IMG/VR virus record: IMGVR_UViG_3300009537_002640
Span: 1 to 64,000 of that record
Strand: one strand, 5' to 3'
DNA length: 64,000 nucleotides
Shown: piece by piece, positions 27,151 to 35,805 of the stretch
Layout: every line of letters starts with the position of its first letter
How positions within the stretch are numbered: the stretch's first letter is position 1
The notes under the pieces: model-generated
What the model was told of the DNA's origin: nothing
Database searches by the model: none
The model's input: the letters and a program-made list of their open reading frames with translations, nothing else
Translations under genes and position numbers: made by a program

Positions 27151-27545
27151 TCGTGATTTAACAACTCTCGTATAGCTGGTTTATCCACTCTCTGATACTC
27201 ATCAATTAGCAGGTGTATATCTCTTGTTCTAATCCCATCAAAGCATCTATCATACATAGAGGTTGCTGCTGTCACACGCATTCTATCCACCCCTGTTCTA
27301 TTAACAAAAGCTTTGACATATTTTTGGGTGGGAACTACCACCATAAAATACTCATTGCGTGAATCAAATATATAAGCAAGTTTGCCCAGCATATTAGTTT
27401 TGCCTGACTGCCGAGGTACAGTACTAACAAAAGCACCATATTCTTGCCACCAAATATCTATCGCGGATGTATACTTTTTGATAGAGGGTAGATAAATATC
27501 ATGATGATATTTCCATCTATACAGCTCTAAATCCATATAGTTCAT
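27111..27545 (-). CDS. Minimal P-loop NTPase (terminase/SF-helicase-like ATPase fold, 144 aa)
   Basis: Walker A VPRQSGKT, FMVVVPT strand, Walker B LLIDE; overlaps both neighbours. Confidence 0.7.
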   Translation of the reverse strand: MNYMDLELYRWKYHHDIYLPSIKKYTSAIDIWWQEYGAFVSTVPRQSGKTNMLGKLAYIFDSRNEYFMVVVPTQKYVKAFVNRTGVDRMRVTAATSMYDRCFDGIRTRDIHLLIDEYQRVDKPAIRELLNHDWKTVTMAGTMLV

Positions 27546-28717
27546 TCTTCCTTACCCTCGATTCCTAAGAACTGTTTCAAACAAGTATAAATGTCTTCTT
27601 TCTGCTCAATAGCTGCTGTAAGAAAACGCGGATGGTCTATACTCTTCTCAAACTCTTGATGAAGGGTAGACCATCTAAACCCACTGCCCCCATAGTTGTA
27701 AAAGCTATCAGTATTAATTTCTCCGTACCCCACCGCACTGCACAGTTCTAGCAACTCTTTTACCAGCTCAACGCACTTCTCATTATCAGATGGCCAGTTG
27801 TCCCCATCACTAAAAGAGAATACGTAATTGTTCCATTGAGCAGGGGGATGATTAGCCTCTATATGCTCTAAGGCCAGCTTGAATGCTGAGCTACACATCG
27901 TTCCACCAGAGTTAGATATCTTGAAGAAGTTCTCTTCAGGAACCACAGCAGCTCTGGTATCGTGAGCAATAAAGATTAACTCTACGAAGTTATACTTGGT
28001 CTTACAAAAGTGCGCCAACCAAAAGAAGAATGATTTAGCTATGTACTTCTTATCGTCATCCATACTGCCTGAGCGGTCCATTAGGAAATACACAGCGGCA
28101 TTGGAGTGATATTCTTTCTCTAAGTCCCATATCTTGTAACGTAAATCTTCTGGGCGGATGTTCTTAATTTCCGCCTTGCCCTTTTTAGCATTACGCTTCA
28201 TGTTCTCGAAGATGGTGCGCTTCTTGTCTACGTTAGACAATGGGCCAACTTCTGCCAAGTCAGTGAACTTAATGTTCTCTGTCTCAATCTCTACTGCACT
28301 ATCCTTAGCCTCAAGCCAGGGCAAGTCAAGGTCTTCTAGCATCATCTGTATGATTTCAGCTAGCTCTACTTCTTCCTCGTAGATTTCATCACCAGCCTGA
28401 TCATCTGCCTGATTGCCAGTGCCTTTACCCTTACGCCCTGTGCCATCATGAGCAATCATATCTCCGGGCTTAGCATCGCCTTCGCCTTGGCCTACACCCT
28501 CTTTATTCTTATCATCAGCGTGCTTAAACCTATACGTATCTAGAAACTTGATAGGAATCTTAACCTTCCTCTTTCCATCAGAGGAGATAATGCTGGCATC
28601 ACTAACCAAATCCTTCAGATTCTCTCGTATGGCCTTTTTAACACGCTGGGAGTGTCGTGCAGAGTCACGCTTGCCGCGTTTACGCATTCCCCAGATATCT
28701 AGTAAGCTATCGCTCAT
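27542..28717 (-). CDS. yhbH: YhbH/YeaH (DUF444) vWA-domain protein
   Basis: RHSQRVKKAIRENL, KVKIPI, GQGEG, LEDLDLPWL, MIDAS motif LMDRSGSM, SGGTMCSSA, FSDGDNW. Confidence 0.93.
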   Translation of the reverse strand: MSDSLLDIWGMRKRGKRDSARHSQRVKKAIRENLKDLVSDASIISSDGKRKVKIPIKFLDTYRFKHADDKNKEGVGQGEGDAKPGDMIAHDGTGRKGKGTGNQADDQAGDEIYEEEVELAEIIQMMLEDLDLPWLEAKDSAVEIETENIKFTDLAEVGPLSNVDKKRTIFENMKRNAKKGKAEIKNIRPEDLRYKIWDLEKEYHSNAAVYFLMDRSGSMDDDKKYIAKSFFFWLAHFCKTKYNFVELIFIAHDTRAAVVPEENFFKISNSGGTMCSSAFKLALEHIEANHPPAQWNNYVFSFSDGDNWPSDNEKCVELVKELLELCSAVGYGEINTDSFYNYGGSGFRWSTLHQEFEKSIDHPRFLTAAIEQKEDIYTCLKQFLGIEGKEE

Positions 28718-28724
28718 TTTAACC

Positions 28725-30719
28725 TCATGTGGTTTTAGACATTAGTGAGTTCACATATCGTAGCAATTGATTTGCTGAATCGACATTATACCCATACTTA
28801 TCAACCAACGTCTCGATAACCTGATTGATTTTCTTCAACGCCTCAGGGTCAGGATTACGTGAGCTAACGGTCAGACGAATGATATCTGCACGCTCGTCGA
28901 ACAGCTGCTTCTCAAGAGCCTCTTTCAATTTAGCATGACTCTGATAGTCAAACTCAACACCATCGCTTCTACGCTGAAGTACCTTACGAAGTGCTTCCTG
29001 CCTAAAACTATCCTTAGTAGCATCACTGATTCCTACCTTCTCTTCGATACTTCTCATTAGCCCATGGTCTGGTTCGTGGTGCTCACCAAACTCATCAACC
29101 AAATCTGTATCATCTAGATAGGCAGCTACGTTATCTACGTAGTTGTTCAACAGGTTGTTGATTTCCTTATCGAAGTTGACAAAGAATGCCTTCTGAACTT
29201 CGGTCTTAGCCATCTTGGTATATTCCTCAATGACAGTCATGATAATCTCATCAAAGCGTTCGAGGTCTTCCTTACCAAACTTGGCACTGCTCTCAAAGTT
29301 TTCCTTAATAGACCTCAGTACATCAATAGGAGTTATGCAACGCAAGTTGTGCTTACTGAAGCAATCTGCAATACAGTTAAAGATGTAACGTGGACTCACT
29401 CCATCCATACCCTCTCTATCTGCCTCTTCCTTAATGTCCTTCAAGTCTTCCTTAGTGAAGCCATCGACATCGCTACTGTTATATAGATGTAGTTTCTTTA
29501 GTAGAGTAAGATTCTGGTCCTTACCTGGCTCTAGACGACTCATAACTGCAAACATAGATGCTACCTTAAGAGTAAGTGGAGCAACATGTACATCACCGAA
29601 ATCGGCTTCAGCAACCAGCTTCTTGTAAATCTTCTCTTCTTCATCTAAGATTAAGTTATACGGAGCCTTCACAACAATGATACGGTCATGCAACGCTTCC
29701 ATCTTAGTGTCCGCCAAGAAACGAGTATATTCGGTTTCATTGGTGTGCGCAAGAATAAACTCATCAGCGTAAATAAGTGGGAAACGCTCAGTTTTAATGG
29801 TCTTTTCTTGTGCTAAGGTTAGTAGTACATGAAGAAACTTAGGGTCAACCTTTAGCATTTCTATCATTTCCATAATGCCACGGTTTGCTACGTTTAATTC
29901 GCCATCAAACTTGTAAGCACGGGGGTCTGATTCAACACCAAACTCGCCTAACTTACTAAAGTCTACAGAGCCTACAAGCTCGGTAATAGATTGGTTCTTA
30001 GTATCGCCTGGTAAGAATGTACCTATGCCGATACGATTGGTTTCTGAAATGAACAGGCGTTTCACTGGCAACTTTAGCCATTCGCCATTATATTTATGGT
30101 CTAGTAGGTGTTGCACTGGCGGGGATAGTCTTGCTAACGGGTCAATCTTAATGCCGTACTTTTCTCGAAACATTGGTCGTAGGTCGACCGGAACAGCATT
30201 AAGTGGATTCTCGTGCATTGGAGAATCTGTAAGGGCATAAATCGCACCTTCTTTAGTGCGAGACCACGCTTCAAGCCCGTGCTTTAGAAGTGTAGCCATT
30301 TGACTCTTACCAGAGCTTGTTGGCCCGTACAGTAGCAAAATACGACGGCCAACTTGAGAGCCACTGGCTGCAGCCTTTAGGTACTTCACTACCTTATGAA
30401 TCATGTTATCAACGCCAAACAACTCCTGGTTAAAAAACTTGTACCTGGGAATCGTTTGTGTTTTGTCTTCCTCATCGTAGTCCACACCTGCACTGAGTAT
30501 CATATCTAATACTCGGGAATGGGCTAACTGAGCAAGTTTAGGGTTTTCTTGAACCAAAGGAATGAATTCTTCCAGGGTACCTTCCCACTCATGAGTATCC
30601 TGTTTCCTGCTAAACTCGGCGATATCTTTAAAGATATCTTGTTTAGTTCCTTGTCCCTCTAATGTCTTTTCATCGGACATAGTATTACCTCCACTGTTAA
30701 GAACCTTGCTTCTTGACAT
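28725..30719 (-). CDS. prkA: PrkA/YeaG family AAA+ protein
   Basis: Walker A LYGPTSSGKS, SPMHENPL, ESDPRAYKFDGELNVANRG, AHTNETEY, EALHDR, EGMDGVSPRY. There is a second in-frame ATG at 30680, also with GGAGG. Confidence 0.95.
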   Translation of the reverse strand: MSRSKVLNSGGNTMSDEKTLEGQGTKQDIFKDIAEFSRKQDTHEWEGTLEEFIPLVQENPKLAQLAHSRVLDMILSAGVDYDEEDKTQTIPRYKFFNQELFGVDNMIHKVVKYLKAAASGSQVGRRILLLYGPTSSGKSQMATLLKHGLEAWSRTKEGAIYALTDSPMHENPLNAVPVDLRPMFREKYGIKIDPLARLSPPVQHLLDHKYNGEWLKLPVKRLFISETNRIGIGTFLPGDTKNQSITELVGSVDFSKLGEFGVESDPRAYKFDGELNVANRGIMEMIEMLKVDPKFLHVLLTLAQEKTIKTERFPLIYADEFILAHTNETEYTRFLADTKMEALHDRIIVVKAPYNLILDEEEKIYKKLVAEADFGDVHVAPLTLKVASMFAVMSRLEPGKDQNLTLLKKLHLYNSSDVDGFTKEDLKDIKEEADREGMDGVSPRYIFNCIADCFSKHNLRCITPIDVLRSIKENFESSAKFGKEDLERFDEIIMTVIEEYTKMAKTEVQKAFFVNFDKEINNLLNNYVDNVAAYLDDTDLVDEFGEHHEPDHGLMRSIEEKVGISDATKDSFRQEALRKVLQRRSDGVEFDYQSHAKLKEALEKQLFDERADIIRLTVSSRNPDPEALKKINQVIETLVDKYGYNVDSANQLLRYVNSLMSKTT

Positions 30720-30743
30720 ATTGATCCTCCGTCTAAATTGGGT

Positions 30744-30780
30744 ATATGTATATTATACACCAACTTTTTGGCACTCTTAA
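30744..30780 (-). promoter_or_regulatory. sigma70-type promoter (TTAAGA-17 nt-TATAAT) upstream of prkA, overlapped by palindrome TGTATA-N-TATACA
   Basis: -35 at 30775-30780, -10 at 30752-30757. The 17-mer is identical to 20313-20329. Confidence 0.78.
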
Positions 30781-31041
30781 CTATTTTTCGCCATATAAAT
30801 CTAAGAAATGCTTATCTTTTCCCTGGCCCATTTCTTTCCTAATGCGGTCAGCATCAGGTGCTATTTTCTGATTGTACAAATCTTTAGCACTTAGCCATGT
30901 TCTATTATTCCACGCAGATAAAAGCTTTTTAAACTCTGTGCATTCGCATTCTGGACATGTAATTTCCGGAGGATCCTTACCACGCTGGAACTTCTCTAAC
31001 ACGAGTTCACATTTTTGACACTGGAAATTAAATAACGGCAT
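30781..31041 (-). CDS. FmdB-family zinc-ribbon protein
   Basis: MPLFNFQCQKC...CPECEC motif. Confidence 0.8.
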   Translation of the reverse strand: MPLFNFQCQKCELVLEKFQRGKDPPEITCPECECTEFKKLLSAWNNRTWLSAKDLYNQKIAPDADRIRKEMGQGKDKHFLDLYGEK

Positions 31042-31042
31042 A

Positions 31043-31915
31043 TTACTCCTCTCCTAATAATCCCTTGATGACTTTCTCGGTGTCTGCTGGGCACGATACC
31101 TCTACGCATTCAATGCCCAGCTGCTTCACCGAATAATCATTCCCGCCAGGAAATAGAGCATCAGCCACAAAAAGAACCTGCTCGGGTAGTGTCTTGAGCT
31201 TTACATGCCTCCACTCATCCCAATCAAGAAACTTCTGCATCCCGTAAGCCTTATCTCTTCCCTTAAGGGTCACATCAATGGAGCTTGACCCGCCGACAGT
31301 AATTTCGTACTTGTCTTCTTGGCCAGCCTCTTTTAACAATCTCTTCATTTCTTTTGCCACCTCTAATCGTTTCTTTTGGTCAGGGTCCCAAGGCTTTTTG
31401 ATTTCCAAGGGCGCCTGTTGACCAAAAAAGGAAAAGGTAACCTGGCTATCTCTATCCTCGGCTACCTCTCCATATGAGCCAATAAGTGGCAATATGTTAA
31501 CGTTCTCACAGGCTTCATAAAATGTATTGTATATCTCGGTTTTCTCTCGTAAAACCAGAGCTTCTTTATACGCACACTTCCATCCTCCAGAACGGTCATA
31601 AAAGTAAAGCTGGGAGCCCGAGGCAGGCATCAAGAATGTTCGAGCCAAAATAGATTCTGCCCATACTTCTCTACCCCAAGCATCATTGTTTTCAACATGT
31701 TCCCAGAATGGCTCCAGAAACTGTTTTTCAAATTGTTCATAGGCACAACCAGAGATAATACCCAGTGAATAGTTCCACTCAGTAATATCCCCATTTTCAT
31801 CTAACTTACCATCACATAGCATAGCATGAAGCAGACGAGTCATCTCCTCGCTGATGTTAGTTTTACTTTCGCTTAGAGTGTCGTCCAAGTCAAACACTAT
31901 CATGTTTTTTTGCAT
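31043..31915 (-). CDS. HAD-superfamily subclass IIB hydrolase, phosphomannomutase-like
   Basis: FDLDDTL, IISG, EDRDSQVTFS..GQQAP, GGSSSIDVT..GRDKAYG, FVADALFPGGNDY. Confidence 0.85.
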   Translation of the reverse strand: MQKNMIVFDLDDTLSESKTNISEEMTRLLHAMLCDGKLDENGDITEWNYSLGIISGCAYEQFEKQFLEPFWEHVENNDAWGREVWAESILARTFLMPASGSQLYFYDRSGGWKCAYKEALVLREKTEIYNTFYEACENVNILPLIGSYGEVAEDRDSQVTFSFFGQQAPLEIKKPWDPDQKKRLEVAKEMKRLLKEAGQEDKYEITVGGSSSIDVTLKGRDKAYGMQKFLDWDEWRHVKLKTLPEQVLFVADALFPGGNDYSVKQLGIECVEVSCPADTEKVIKGLLGEE

Positions 31916-32084
31916 TTTCCCTCACCGTTTCCATTAATCTACTATGCATTGTGTGTACACCATTCCACTCTTCCTCTGTCCAATCCAGAGTGCAGGGCTT
32001 AGTATAGTTAGGCTCAAACCACTGCAAGACATTACCATTGTCACCCAATAGATTTGCATATATCCATAATACATCCTTACTCAT
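31890..32084 (-). CDS. Hypothetical protein
   Basis: Small ORF overlapping both neighbours. Confidence 0.55.
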   Translation of the reverse strand: MSKDVLWIYANLLGDNGNVLQWFEPNYTKPCTLDWTEEEWNGVHTMHSRLMETVRENAKKHDSV

Positions 32085-32286
32085 CTTTATTACTCTTGGA
32101 TGCTACTACCATCACATCTCTACCACTAATCGATATAATATCCTGAAAGCTCCTAGATGATAAGACATGGCGCTTAAACTTAGGGTCAGTAATCTCCATC
32201 ACCAAGCGTACCACACCAGTTTCTTCATCTTGCTCTACTCGGATTACTTTTCCGACCGGCTTAGATTCCAAGGTCATCGTCATCAT
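32077..32286 (-). CDS. Hypothetical protein
   Basis: Small ORF directly downstream of dnaB. Confidence 0.6.
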   Translation of the reverse strand: MMTMTLESKPVGKVIRVEQDEETGVVRLVMEITDPKFKRHVLSSRSFQDIISISGRDVMVVASKSNKDE

Positions 32287-33655
32287 CCCCTGCGAATGTC
32301 TCGTCTACCATATCAATAAGCTTCATTCGCGGGAAGTCCTTACTCAATACAAATGAACCCTTTTCGCCATCTCGCATCTTAATAATGTAGATGGGCATGT
32401 CGGCTCTTGCGTACTCATCATCACGACAGCCTATTTGAATAATGATATTTGCATTGTTGGTAACCATGTCCGAACGTGCAAGGCGGTCAGTAGAGTAGTG
32501 TTGTTTATTCGGGTCTTTTGGTCTGTTAACCTGAGAGCCTGTGATTACTGGTATGTTGTATACACGAGCAAACTCGTGCAAGTCTGCGGCAATCTTACCG
32601 AGTGCCAACCAGTCTGAATCCCCTGGCTCGTTAGGTGCCATAATACCAATGTAGTCTATGATAACCAAGTCTGGTTTAAACTTGGTCTCGCACAGTTCAA
32701 CAAACTTAAGCTCAATCTCTCTGGTAGTTGCGCCCTTTGGCATATCTACAATGTGAAAATTGTAAGGATATTCCATCTGGAACTTTAGTACTTCAAAATA
32801 CTTATCCTTCTCTTCCTCGGACAACTTACCATCCCTTATATAGTTGTAGATAAGACCACCCATACAGGAGTCAATACGTCGCTCCATAGAAGACTTAGGC
32901 ATCTCTAGAGAGAAGTACAGAACATTGTGTCCTTTGTTTAAAGCTGCCGCTACACCTTGGAATGGGTCATTTCTATTGAGATATGCATTGACACCTATGT
33001 TGTGCATAACAACAGATTTACCTGTTCCTGTCGCGCCTGCTACAATCATAAGCTCACCAGGATGGAGCCCGTTTGTAATCCTATCAAACTCAGTGAACCC
33101 TGTTAAGATGCCTCTGGCCATATCGGGGTTAGCTTCTAGTTCTCGATAGTAATCCTCTCTTGTCTGGGCACTTTCGCTGAGTGAACCCTCTTCATAAGTT
33201 TCTCTCTTATAAATAGAGTCTATGTCTACTACAGCTTCTCGCACAAGGCGATTCACCTTATCCAATGCATCCTCTTGTCCGCTCTTGATTATGTCCCTGG
33301 AATCTTTGATGAGCGACTTGTGCAGAATCTTGTTATATCTGACACGAAACTTGTCCAAAATCCAAGTGAACTCCCGGTTATCTATCTCCGTCGCTGCTAT
33401 CTGATCGTACAAACCCACCACATCATCGTCCAAGTCAGTATCTAGTTTAGATGCGTACTCAGCTATGATGTCTCGTGTTGGAATGGATTTGTACTTGGGA
33501 TTCTCAAAATGCTCCATAATGGTTTTATAGAGCCATCGGTACTGAGGCGCGAAATACTCTTCGGTAATGGAACTTGTGCTCAACTCCATTGCGATTGTTT
33601 TGTCTTTTAAAGCATAAGCAATGATTTTTTGATCAAGCGTTATTTCCTGAGTCAT
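32261..33655 (-). CDS. dnaB: Replicative DnaB-like helicase
   Basis: TGFTEFDRITNGLHPGELMIVAGATGTGKS, YFSLEM, VIIDYIGIM, GSQVNR, LARS, KMRDG. Confidence 0.92.
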   Translation of the reverse strand: MTQEITLDQKIIAYALKDKTIAMELSTSSITEEYFAPQYRWLYKTIMEHFENPKYKSIPTRDIIAEYASKLDTDLDDDVVGLYDQIAATEIDNREFTWILDKFRVRYNKILHKSLIKDSRDIIKSGQEDALDKVNRLVREAVVDIDSIYKRETYEEGSLSESAQTREDYYRELEANPDMARGILTGFTEFDRITNGLHPGELMIVAGATGTGKSVVMHNIGVNAYLNRNDPFQGVAAALNKGHNVLYFSLEMPKSSMERRIDSCMGGLIYNYIRDGKLSEEEKDKYFEVLKFQMEYPYNFHIVDMPKGATTREIELKFVELCETKFKPDLVIIDYIGIMAPNEPGDSDWLALGKIAADLHEFARVYNIPVITGSQVNRPKDPNKQHYSTDRLARSDMVTNNANIIIQIGCRDDEYARADMPIYIIKMRDGEKGSFVLSKDFPRMKLIDMVDETFAGDDDDDLGI

Positions 33656-34310
33656 CAGCTAACCTCTTTCTAAAGTCTTTCCCTACTACAGGATAGACCT
33701 TCAAATATTGATTGTTTAACGAATCTATACTCTGCACTCCTGGCCCATAAAACACCCTTAGAATGTCTTGTGTTTCATTTGTACAAAGTATAGTTGGTAA
33801 TTGATTGTGTGCTCTGTGCCTAAAGATAAGTTCATATTTACCACTAAAGAACTCTCTCATGCTATCACTGGTAAAGAATCTAGAATCCAACTCATCTATC
33901 ACCAAGAAGTCTACGTTCTTAAGATGTGAACGAATGCTGCTGGTTTCTTTATCAGATAAATCACTAAGCATATCAGCTGCAGTTGTATAATAGGCAGAGA
34001 AGTCTTTCTTCAGAGCTTCTTTAAGAATACATATGGACGACATAGTTTTGCCTGTGCCTTGATTACCGGCTAAACAAATAGAGCGTCCTTCCATATAGTA
34101 GTTTTGAAGATTGGCAACATAATCGTCAACTATCTCTTTAAGCTTAGGAGACCCTTCGAACTTATCCATAGTCAAGAACCAATAACCTGCCGGTATGTTA
34201 GCATCCGACATCTTGTCTATCATTCTATGTATCTTGGTGGTCTTGATTCCTTGCCCATGTTCAGCGAGAACTCTTGCCTTTATTAATTCTTTCTTTCTTC
34301 CAATAGTCAT
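33633..34310 (-). CDS. DnaC/IstB-like AAA+ helicase loader
   Basis: GNQGTGKT, LVIDEL, R..NQLPTILCTN; adjacent to dnaB. Confidence 0.85.
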   Translation of the reverse strand: MTIGRKKELIKARVLAEHGQGIKTTKIHRMIDKMSDANIPAGYWFLTMDKFEGSPKLKEIVDDYVANLQNYYMEGRSICLAGNQGTGKTMSSICILKEALKKDFSAYYTTAADMLSDLSDKETSSIRSHLKNVDFLVIDELDSRFFTSDSMREFFSGKYELIFRHRAHNQLPTILCTNETQDILRVFYGPGVQSIDSLNNQYLKVYPVVGKDFRKRLADDSGNNA

Positions 34311-34461
34311 TTCTGGCTCTTTCTTTCTGTAAAAGTGAGAAGCACTTATCGTGGTAGTAATCCACTTTATTGAGTGCCTTGTTGCCTAATTTGCGCCTGT
34401 ATGTGTCTATCTTAGCATTTTTATACACTACTTTGCCACAATGTGCACATATCATGTCCAT
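34261..34461 (-). CDS. Small protein with CxxC/HxxC (putative Zn-binding)
   Basis: CAHC and HDKC motifs. Confidence 0.6.
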   Translation of the reverse strand: MDMICAHCGKVVYKNAKIDTYRRKLGNKALNKVDYYHDKCFSLLQKERARNDYWKKERINKGKSSR

Positions 34462-35069
34462 TATTTATCCACTCCCTGTTTTCTGACGGCACTGTTTAAC
34501 ATATCGACCATCTGTTGGCCTGACATAAACTGCTTACCTAAATTACCGCCCATGCTAAATGTGTTTTGGCTTCCTGGATTAGACGGAGGAGTAATCTCCT
34601 CGCCTTCTTCCTCTTCGGTCACTGTAGTAATATACAACTTTCCTGGATGATACTCTACTTGTTTCTGTCTTCGTCCCGCCAAAATAGACTGTACATCTGG
34701 ATTGCCCAGCGCCACTCTCATAATATCATCACTAAAGACATCAGTCCTAAATGTTGATGGCGTAGGAATATCTATGATGTGGTCACCGTTGATGAATACA
34801 GTTAAGAAGCCCGGCTGCTGAACCTGTTGCTGTTGTGGTTGCGGTTGCTCCTGCTGTTCAGACTCATAAGTGGGTAGCACCCTTGACGTAGCAGAAAAAT
34901 TGTTGGTTACATAATATTTAACATTGTGCTTTGGAACTATGTATAGGTTTGTGCTGTTTTCCATTTGAATATATACATAGTATTCCTCTACATGTATAAG
35001 GATACCGCACAAAGTCTCCTCATCATTCTTTAGACTTACCCATACTTTATTACCTATCAAGTGTTCCAT
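34461..35069 (-). CDS. Protein with N-terminal Sm/LSm-like fold and Gln-rich linker
   Basis: LIGNKVWVSLKN...LCGILIHVEEYYVYIQ....YIVPKHNVKY resembles the Sm1/Sm2 pattern; followed by EQQEQPQPQQQQVQQ. Confidence 0.55.
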   Translation of the reverse strand: MEHLIGNKVWVSLKNDEETLCGILIHVEEYYVYIQMENSTNLYIVPKHNVKYYVTNNFSATSRVLPTYESEQQEQPQPQQQQVQQPGFLTVFINGDHIIDIPTPSTFRTDVFSDDIMRVALGNPDVQSILAGRRQKQVEYHPGKLYITTVTEEEEGEEITPPSNPGSQNTFSMGGNLGKQFMSGQQMVDMLNSAVRKQGVDK

Positions 35070-35070
35070 A

Positions 35071-35805
35071 TTAGCTCCTTATGTTAAGCATGTCATCTTT
35101 AATAAGATTCATTTTGGTTGCCTGCGCTATAACCCTAAACTCAGATGACTCGGGATTAATATCAGAGCTATAAGTCTTGACATACCCTAATAGCGCACCA
35201 AGGTCATTCATTGTATTAAGTTCGTAGTTAGTGAAAATCTCTGGTACATTATCGCCACACCAAGTAATGAAGTCTTTGGGCAACTTAGATGCCCTCGTAA
35301 AAGTCTTCTTCTTTTCTAAGTAGAGATTGTACTTACGCACAATGTTGGGTGTATTTAGATACGCAAAGCTGGTTATATCTGTATTTCTACCTATAGTTTT
35401 TGTGAAGAACCAATATATATATCTTCTTACCTCGTGTGCATCCCCTTGAAACGCACTTAAAAGAGACCAGGCATCTCGTACTTCTTTCGCACCATATGGA
35501 TTAGGATTTTGTGGAACAAACACATAATCTATATCGTAGTGCTTCTTGTACATACTACAAAAGAAGCCCACTATACAACTAACCTGGTGCTTCTTATTAT
35601 CCCAATTGTCCTTTATCTTGTACAGCTGGAGATAATCATTGTAGAACTTTTGCCATGTAAGCTCTTGCGCCCCGCATTTCTCACAGGTAAAAATAGGAGC
35701 ATTGTTTTCATGCGTAAGAAGATATTTACCAGGACACTTTACCCCTGCGATTACGTTTTTGCACTGGCTTACTCTTCTTCGCTTTCGCTTTTTGGTCTGT
35801 GTCAT
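35071..35805 (-). CDS. Hypothetical protein in the replication module, N-terminal Cys motifs
   Basis: 244 aa with a basic N-terminus and CEKC; lies between the SF2 helicase and the loader/helicase genes. Confidence 0.75.
   Translation of the reverse strand: MTQTKKRKRRRVSQCKNVIAGVKCPGKYLLTHENNAPIFTCEKCGAQELTWQKFYNDYLQLYKIKDNWDNKKHQVSCIVGFFCSMYKKHYDIDYVFVPQNPNPYGAKEVRDAWSLLSAFQGDAHEVRRYIYWFFTKTIGRNTDITSFAYLNTPNIVRKYNLYLEKKKTFTRASKLPKDFITWCGDNVPEIFTNYELNTMNDLGALLGYVKTYSSDINPESSEFRVIAQATKMNLIKDDMLNIRS

Noticed and set aside
27111-27545. Calling the small ATPase a terminase large subunit
   Set aside because: It has only 144 aa, no RNase H-like nuclease domain, and no portal or small subunit nearby.
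21264-30783. Genome-wide TAG reassignment (genetic code 15)
   Set aside because: TAG ends nrdJ at its conserved C-terminus (CGWSKCS) and also ends spoVR and the FmdB gene. Multi-kb ORFs are intact under code 11. Only one suspicious in-frame TAG was seen (61292).
21264-33655. Inteins or introns in nrdJ, prkA or dnaB
   Set aside because: Lengths are normal, motifs are contiguous, and no intein C-terminal HN or splice-junction signatures were seen.
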